From: an uncultured Verrucomicrobiae bacterium
GTDB lineage: Bacteria > Verrucomicrobiota > Verrucomicrobiia > Chthoniobacterales > Chthoniobacteraceae
DNA: 64,000 nucleotides
NCBI GenBank assembly: GCA_963836755.1
Contig: CAWIKF010000001.1
Span: 32,001 to 96,000, forward strand
Direction of reading: 5' to 3'
Shown piece by piece: positions 58,478 to 64,000 of the stretch. The notes under the pieces were generated by a model. It was not told the DNA's origin, ran no database searches, and worked only from the letters and a program-made list of their open reading frames with translations. The first letter of the stretch is position 1. The number at the start of each line of letters is the position of its first letter. A program made the position numbers and the translations under genes.

Positions 58478-59816
58478 CCTGTTTCTTGTCTTGCAAGTCG
58501 CGATATGGATCGCCGCAACGGTTGCGATCTTCGTGCGCGGCAAGGCCTCGATTTTCCACCCCGCTTGCATCTATCTTGTATTCCACCTGATCGTTTTCGT
58601 TGTCCGACCGATCGAAGTGCATTACCTGAACTTTGATCTGATCTGGACCTACATGAAATTTGAGCCAAGCGAAGAGCAGTTCGTCCTGACTCTGCTGGCA
58701 AGCTCGCTCGGACTTGTCATCTTCGTTGGTGCCTGTCTTTTCGCGGCGCGTGGTGCGCAGTCGGTCACGGAACCATTTTATTTGGACATAAGTCGCAACC
58801 AGATTGTCGCATTCGGCATCGTTAGCGCGGTGCTGTTTCCTGTTGCGATCTACTCGATCATTGAAGTCGGCGGTGCAGTCAAAGGAGAACGAGTCGGAGG
58901 AACCTACGTGATGACGGAGGGCAACGGCTACATCAACGATGCTCAGAACGTTCTTACTACGCTGCTGGTAGTCTTCATCTACGTTTGCAGGTTTAGGCTC
59001 TTCTCGATGATTCCGCTTCTCGGATACTTCTCCTACCGCGCCATCATGGGAAGAAATCGGTGGACGATCGTTTTGACCTTTTTTCTGCTCGTGTTGGTCT
59101 ATTGTTGGGATCGGCGCATCAGGATGATTCCGCGCCGAGCATTGATATTTGTTCCAGTCATTTTCGTTCTCTTCGCAACCCTTGGAAGTAATCGCGAATT
59201 TTTTAAAAATATCCTGCTTGGGCGTCCGCAGGACAACCACGCATGGACGGCCGGAGATCGCGACTTCAAACAAAGGTTCGACACGATGGATTTCGCGAAC
59301 TTCGACTATCTCGCTTATATCATTTCTACGGTGCCGGATCTAACAGGCACCTACACTTATGGAACACAATATCTGCAGCTTTTCACGGAGCCGATTCCAC
59401 GCGAGCTCTGGAAAAATAAGCCCATCGGTGCGCCCATCCAATTTTTCGATTTGAATGACTACGGAAACTTCATCGGACTGACTCCTTCCATGGTTGGCGA
59501 CGGTTGGATGTCGGGAGGCTGGACTGGCCTAATTCTTACAGCAGCGCTGTCGGGCTATCTTCTGGGAAGATTGTTCCTCTGGTTTAGCTTCAATCAGGCG
59601 GACGTTTATAAGGCAATGACTTACCTTGTTACTGTTACTTTCACGATCCAATACTATCGGGACGGAGCGATCTCTATCTTCCACTTTTTAATGTTCACGC
59701 TGCCCCCGATCTATTTTTGGAAATGGATCACATCCGCGCTCTCCCATTCGTCATCCTTTGCGCGGTTCGAAGGAGGCTTCACACGAGCGCTCGAAGGTAA
59801 GGTGATTGAACGATGA
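58470..59816 (+). CDS. Polysaccharide polymerase (Wzy-like)
   Basis: About 10 transmembrane segments with a large late periplasmic loop (IPRELWKNKP); EPS context. Confidence 0.75.
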   Translation: MIDLFLVLQVAIWIAATVAIFVRGKASIFHPACIYLVFHLIVFVVRPIEVHYLNFDLIWTYMKFEPSEEQFVLTLLASSLGLVIFVGACLFAARGAQSVTEPFYLDISRNQIVAFGIVSAVLFPVAIYSIIEVGGAVKGERVGGTYVMTEGNGYINDAQNVLTTLLVVFIYVCRFRLFSMIPLLGYFSYRAIMGRNRWTIVLTFFLLVLVYCWDRRIRMIPRRALIFVPVIFVLFATLGSNREFFKNILLGRPQDNHAWTAGDRDFKQRFDTMDFANFDYLAYIISTVPDLTGTYTYGTQYLQLFTEPIPRELWKNKPIGAPIQFFDLNDYGNFIGLTPSMVGDGWMSGGWTGLILTAALSGYLLGRLFLWFSFNQADVYKAMTYLVTVTFTIQYYRDGAISIFHFLMFTLPPIYFWKWITSALSHSSSFARFEGGFTRALEGKVIER

Positions 59817-61525
59817 GGGACTTTGTTTTCATTTCCTGTCTATGCCTTCTGAGTGCATTTAAGGCCCAAGCTACCGATCCTACGATGGATCTAGTGGCAT
59901 TGGTTAAGGCAGCCCAGACAGGCGGAGCTTCGGTCGTCGACTTACCTCAAGGTCGTTATCACATCGAGCCGACGGTGCTCAATAATCTAAACAACATTGT
60001 CTTGGATGGGCATGGCGCCGTCCTCGTCGGATCGAACTTTGAAAAGGATCTGCTGATCTTAAACCGCTGCAAGAACGTAACGTTAAAGAACTTTTCCATC
60101 GATTATGATCCGCTTCCCTTTACTCAGGGAACGGTGGTATCCAAGGCAACTGATGGAGTTACATTCGATGTAGAGTTACAAAAGGGCTATCCCGAATTCA
60201 CGCAACCTTACTTCGCGCAGATTCACCTTTTTGATCCGAAGACGAAGTCGTGGAAAGCGCGCACTCAGGATCTTTATACAAAGATGATCCTCATCCAGGA
60301 CTCGAAGCATGTGCGACTCGGATTTCCTGGCATGCCCGCTGAAACGAGAAACCGTATCGCCGTTGGCGACTATATGGTGTTTAATCAACGCCGCGGATCA
60401 GCGGTTGTCATAAAAGATCTGTCTGAGAAGATTCGAGTCGAAAACATCACAATCCTCACCTCTCCTGGCGGAGGAGTGATCGAGCGTTACGCTCTGGGCA
60501 ACGACTACTTCCAGTTCGTTGTAAGGCCAGGTCCACGGCCCGCCGGCGCCGAAGTGGATCGGTTGCTTTCAACTGGAGGCGATGCTTTGAATATTGCTGC
60601 CGTTAGACAAGGGCCAACCATCGAAAAGTGCGATTTTTCATGCATGGGAGATGACTCTGTAAATCTGCACGGGCCATTGCTGGATGTTGAGAAGGTCGAA
60701 GGTCCTCGCACCTTGTGCGTAGCTTATCGAGCAGCGCCCAACGTTTTTCCTTTTGAACCACTCGTTAAAGTAGGAGACAAGGTGCGCCTTCTGCGACACG
60801 GCGACTACTCGATCAAAGCGGAGTCGAAAATTGTGTCCTTTAAATCTGTTAAGTTGGCACCCGAAGAAGCGCAGGCTTATATGAATACTTGGCTGGCGAC
60901 GAGCACGGTTTACAAGCCTATCGCAGGCATACCGGCGGCTTTCGAGGTGCAACTGGACACGGATGTCCCTGCCGAAGCCGGTGATACTTGTGATTTTCCC
61001 GCCTCCCTCGGTTCTGGGTTTGTCATTCGCGATAACTACTTCCACGACCACCGATCGCGCGGGATTCGCATCGCCAGCACTGACGGTATCATAGAAAATA
61101 ATCGTTTTGAACGCCTGCGCGATGCGGCGATCAGTTTGGGCCCGCAGTATGGTCATTGGCGTGAGGCCGGTTGGTGTTCCAACATCACGATCCGAGGGAA
61201 CACTATCCATGACGTCGCCTTGGGCGATGACATTTTGCGCAATCCTGGGTGGGCTGCCATTTGCACCATCGTTCGGGCGGACAAGGATCTATCTCCGGCG
61301 GCGGGCCTGCCGGCAGACAACACTGATCTCGTCATTGAAAACAATCACATTGATGGTTGTAGCGTCGAAGGAATAGCTCTCACGGCGGCGAGGAACACGA
61401 TCATCCGCAACAATGATATGTCGCACCTTTGTTCCGTTCACGCGCCGGAATCAAAGACAGACCACTCAGGCATCAAACTGAGCAACACTACGAATATCAA
61501 GCTGGAGAACAACCGCGCGAAATGA
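59813..61525 (+). CDS. Secreted right-handed parallel beta-helix protein (glycosidase/lyase-like)
   Basis: Signal peptide; IDYDPLPFTQG, GDDSVNLHG, repeated I.NN motifs. Confidence 0.8.
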   Translation: MRDFVFISCLCLLSAFKAQATDPTMDLVALVKAAQTGGASVVDLPQGRYHIEPTVLNNLNNIVLDGHGAVLVGSNFEKDLLILNRCKNVTLKNFSIDYDPLPFTQGTVVSKATDGVTFDVELQKGYPEFTQPYFAQIHLFDPKTKSWKARTQDLYTKMILIQDSKHVRLGFPGMPAETRNRIAVGDYMVFNQRRGSAVVIKDLSEKIRVENITILTSPGGGVIERYALGNDYFQFVVRPGPRPAGAEVDRLLSTGGDALNIAAVRQGPTIEKCDFSCMGDDSVNLHGPLLDVEKVEGPRTLCVAYRAAPNVFPFEPLVKVGDKVRLLRHGDYSIKAESKIVSFKSVKLAPEEAQAYMNTWLATSTVYKPIAGIPAAFEVQLDTDVPAEAGDTCDFPASLGSGFVIRDNYFHDHRSRGIRIASTDGIIENNRFERLRDAAISLGPQYGHWREAGWCSNITIRGNTIHDVALGDDILRNPGWAAICTIVRADKDLSPAAGLPADNTDLVIENNHIDGCSVEGIALTAARNTIIRNNDMSHLCSVHAPESKTDHSGIKLSNTTNIKLENNRAK

Positions 61526-61534
61526 AGGGGGCAA

Positions 61535-62653
61535 GTGATCTCCAGCGATAGTGTGCTACATCCCGAACATCCACCCAAGATAGTCATGTTGCAAACCTGC
61601 CTTCCAGATTATCGACTGCCCTTCTTTCGGTTGTTGCTCGATGAACTGGGGACAAGCTTCTCGCTATGGACGGGCGAAGACTACTTTGATTCCACTATCC
61701 GAAGCATCGACGTTAGCGAATCCTGGATACATCGGATTCAAAACTGCTTTCTACTGGGGCGACGGCTACTCTGGCAAAGGGGCGCTCTTCAGCTTCGCCG
61801 CGCTGACTTGCTCTTTGTAGAAATGAACCCGAGGACACTGACGACATGGATTCTCCTGATTTATCGCCGGCTTTCAGCGAGACGGAGCATTGTGTGGGGG
61901 CACGCATGGTCTCGCAAGGGACGATCCTCGCCGATGAATAGGCTGCGCCTTTGCATGATGAGACTATCCGACGGCGTCATCACGTATACTCAATCCCATT
62001 GCACCGAAGTGGGCGCGATTTTGAGGAAGAAAAGCATTCAAGCAGCTCCAAATGCAGTGGTAGGCCGGCGTGAGTGCTATCCGGCCTCGAATGAGCACGG
62101 AGTGAAGGAAGACCTGATCTATGTTGGCAGGTTGGTCGCGGCCAAAAAGCCCAGGCTTCTTGTGGAAGGCTTTCGACTTGCGCGGCAAAGACTACAATTC
62201 AACGGAAACTTAATGATCGTCGGGGAAGGTCCTGAACGTGCGGCGCTCGAGGATTTGGTGAGCGAATACAACTTGAAAGACTGTGTATTCTTCTACGGAC
62301 AAATATCGGACACCGCTAAGCTCCGCCAGCTATATGCCGACGCTTTATGTTCCGTGTCGCCTGGATACGCCGGCTTATCAGTGATCCAATCGTTCGCCTT
62401 CGGCGTTCCTATGCTTGTTGCCGACTCCGAACCCCATTCCCCGGAGATCGAAGCATGTCATCCGGATTTCAATTGCGTGTATTTCAAATCGGACTCGGAA
62501 GCCGATCTGGCGGACAAGATTGGAGACTTCCAAAGATGCCGTCAAAAGTGGATCAATCTAAACGGTGAGATAAGCTCCTGGACTGCGGATAACTATACCT
62601 TCGAAGCCATGGCTCAACCATTTTTGCGCTTTGCGAGATCAGCCAAAACCTAG
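61535..62653 (+). CDS. GT4 glycosyltransferase
   Basis: WGH, YVGRLVAAKK, GEGPE, SPGYAGLSVIQSFAFGVP. Confidence 0.88.
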   Translation: MISSDSVLHPEHPPKIVMLQTCLPDYRLPFFRLLLDELGTSFSLWTGEDYFDSTIRSIDVSESWIHRIQNCFLLGRRLLWQRGALQLRRADLLFVEMNPRTLTTWILLIYRRLSARRSIVWGHAWSRKGRSSPMNRLRLCMMRLSDGVITYTQSHCTEVGAILRKKSIQAAPNAVVGRRECYPASNEHGVKEDLIYVGRLVAAKKPRLLVEGFRLARQRLQFNGNLMIVGEGPERAALEDLVSEYNLKDCVFFYGQISDTAKLRQLYADALCSVSPGYAGLSVIQSFAFGVPMLVADSEPHSPEIEACHPDFNCVYFKSDSEADLADKIGDFQRCRQKWINLNGEISSWTADNYTFEAMAQPFLRFARSAKT

Positions 62654-62656
62654 CTT

Positions 62657-63775
62657 ATGCGACATCTTCACTTCGTCCAGTCTCTTGAACCGCAGCAGGG
62701 TGGCGGCTTAGGTCGCGCGGCGCTGGAACTGCATTCGCAGTTTTTGGCCGACGGTGAGAAATCAACTTTGGTAGCTACTCGCGCTGCCGATTTCCATGAG
62801 ACATGGCCTGACGTCGTGCAGCACGCCAGGATCGGACTGCAGAAGTTCTATTATACCCCGAGGTTGCATGCCACGGCAGCACAGACATTTCCTAACATCG
62901 ACATCGTGCATGGTCATGGATTTTACGTTGGGCCTAATTATGTATTTGGGAAGAAAGCTCGCGCGACGCAGAAGCCTCTCGTCTACCATGTTCAGGGTAT
63001 ATTCGAGCCATGGATTCTGCACCGGTCTCCTGTGAAAAAACGGATCGCCAGGTGGTGGTTCGAAGATGCCAACATTCGCCACGCCTCGCTATGGCGCGCG
63101 CTTACCCAAAAGGAGGCAGACCAGATTCGCGCGGTAGGAATCACTGCGCCGATTGTAATCGCGCCAAACGGAATCGACCTCACTTCGTTCGATTCCTTCG
63201 AGGAAGAATCCGCGAGCAAATCGAAACGGAGACGGCGATGCCTATTTCTAGGAAGACTTCATCCTAAAAAAGGTGTCGACCTGTTGCTGAAGGCTTGGAG
63301 TAAAGTTGGGAAGATCAAGGATGAATGGGAGCTGCTGATCGTAGGTCCGAATGAAGACGGTTATAAAAGCGAGCTCGAGCGACTTATACGCGTTTTGGAT
63401 CTGCAATCTTGTGCATCAATCGCGGGCACGGTCACAGGAAAAGAGAAGACGCGCGTGCTGAAAGAATCTGATCTTTTCATACTACCTTCTTACTCAGAGG
63501 GCTTCTCAGTGGCGATTCTGGAGGCGCTCGCCTGCAGAATCCCCGTCATCGCGACAACAGCTTGCAACTTTCCTGAACTGGCGAAGAGCGGAGGCGGTTG
63601 GGAGTGTGAACCATCGGTCGAATCAGTCAGCGTCGCACTTTCGAGCGCAATGGCATGCTCAAGCGCGGAAAGGAAGGATCGCGGCGAACTCGGACGCAAG
63701 TTAGCCGAAAGCTCCTACACATGGCCCAGCGTCGCTGGAACCATTCTGCAAGCATGCAAGGGCTTGATTAGCTAA
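62657..63775 (+). CDS. GT4 glycosyltransferase
   Basis: FLGRLHPKKG, LPSYSEGFSVAILEALAC. Confidence 0.92.
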   Translation: MRHLHFVQSLEPQQGGGLGRAALELHSQFLADGEKSTLVATRAADFHETWPDVVQHARIGLQKFYYTPRLHATAAQTFPNIDIVHGHGFYVGPNYVFGKKARATQKPLVYHVQGIFEPWILHRSPVKKRIARWWFEDANIRHASLWRALTQKEADQIRAVGITAPIVIAPNGIDLTSFDSFEEESASKSKRRRRCLFLGRLHPKKGVDLLLKAWSKVGKIKDEWELLIVGPNEDGYKSELERLIRVLDLQSCASIAGTVTGKEKTRVLKESDLFILPSYSEGFSVAILEALACRIPVIATTACNFPELAKSGGGWECEPSVESVSVALSSAMACSSAERKDRGELGRKLAESSYTWPSVAGTILQACKGLIS

Positions 63776-63795
63776 CGGACAGTGTTGAAACGGGT

Positions 63796-64000
63796 ATGGC
63801 AACTTCTTTCAAACTCAGATGCAGATCACATCCTGGTGAGGATCGTCGTGCTTTCACGCTTTTGGAGCTGCTGCTTTGTATTGCGATTATTGCGATCTTG
63901 ATCGCTCTGCTACTTATGGGTTCGGCCAAGGCAATTGCTGCATCGCGGAAAGTGGCCTGTTCAACAAACCTTCGTCAAATAAGTGTGGCTATTGTGTCCT
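63796..64000 (+). CDS. Prepilin-type N-terminal cleavage/methylation protein (DUF1559-like), truncated by the window edge; absent from the ORF track
   Basis: Own translation: MATSFKLRCRSHPGEDRRAFTLLELLLCIAIIAILIALLL...ACSTNLRQI. Confidence 0.85.
   Translation, partial: MATSFKLRCRSHPGEDRRAFTLLELLLCIAIIAILIALLLMGSAKAIAASRKVACSTNLRQISVAIVS

Overview
64 kb of a GC-rich bacterial chromosome. Gene content and protein style suggest Verrucomicrobiota, Chthoniobacterales/Spartobacteria-like (inference). Most of it is housekeeping genes (dgt, phosphosugar mutase, lnt, carA, alaS, recA, two Hsp20, pheA, scpB, thiE, accBC, rarA, trpC). It also holds a pectin/hexuronate utilisation cluster (PL4, ExuT-like MFS, uxaC, GH5, GH2-GH127/146 fusion), a radical-SAM + DUF4130-UdgX module, a two-component system with a divergent EF-hand protein, and the start of a lower-GC Wzx/Wzy exopolysaccharide locus from about 50.9 kb. 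The most striking feature is alaS, which carries several insertions: (i) a 624-bp in-frame unit in which inverted REP-like hairpins bracket an HUH/Y1 (RAYT-like) transposase domain with no start or stop of its own; (ii) a 96-bp in-frame non-autonomous REP doublet with the same ends; (iii) an in-frame 21-bp tandem array resembling a palindromic 21-bp intergenic array at 9055-9285; (iv) a GTAG-type REP hairpin in the C-terminal domain. The last ~400 bp of alaS is broken by several frameshifts, which may be sequencing error. All calls come from motif recognition by eye; no searches were run.
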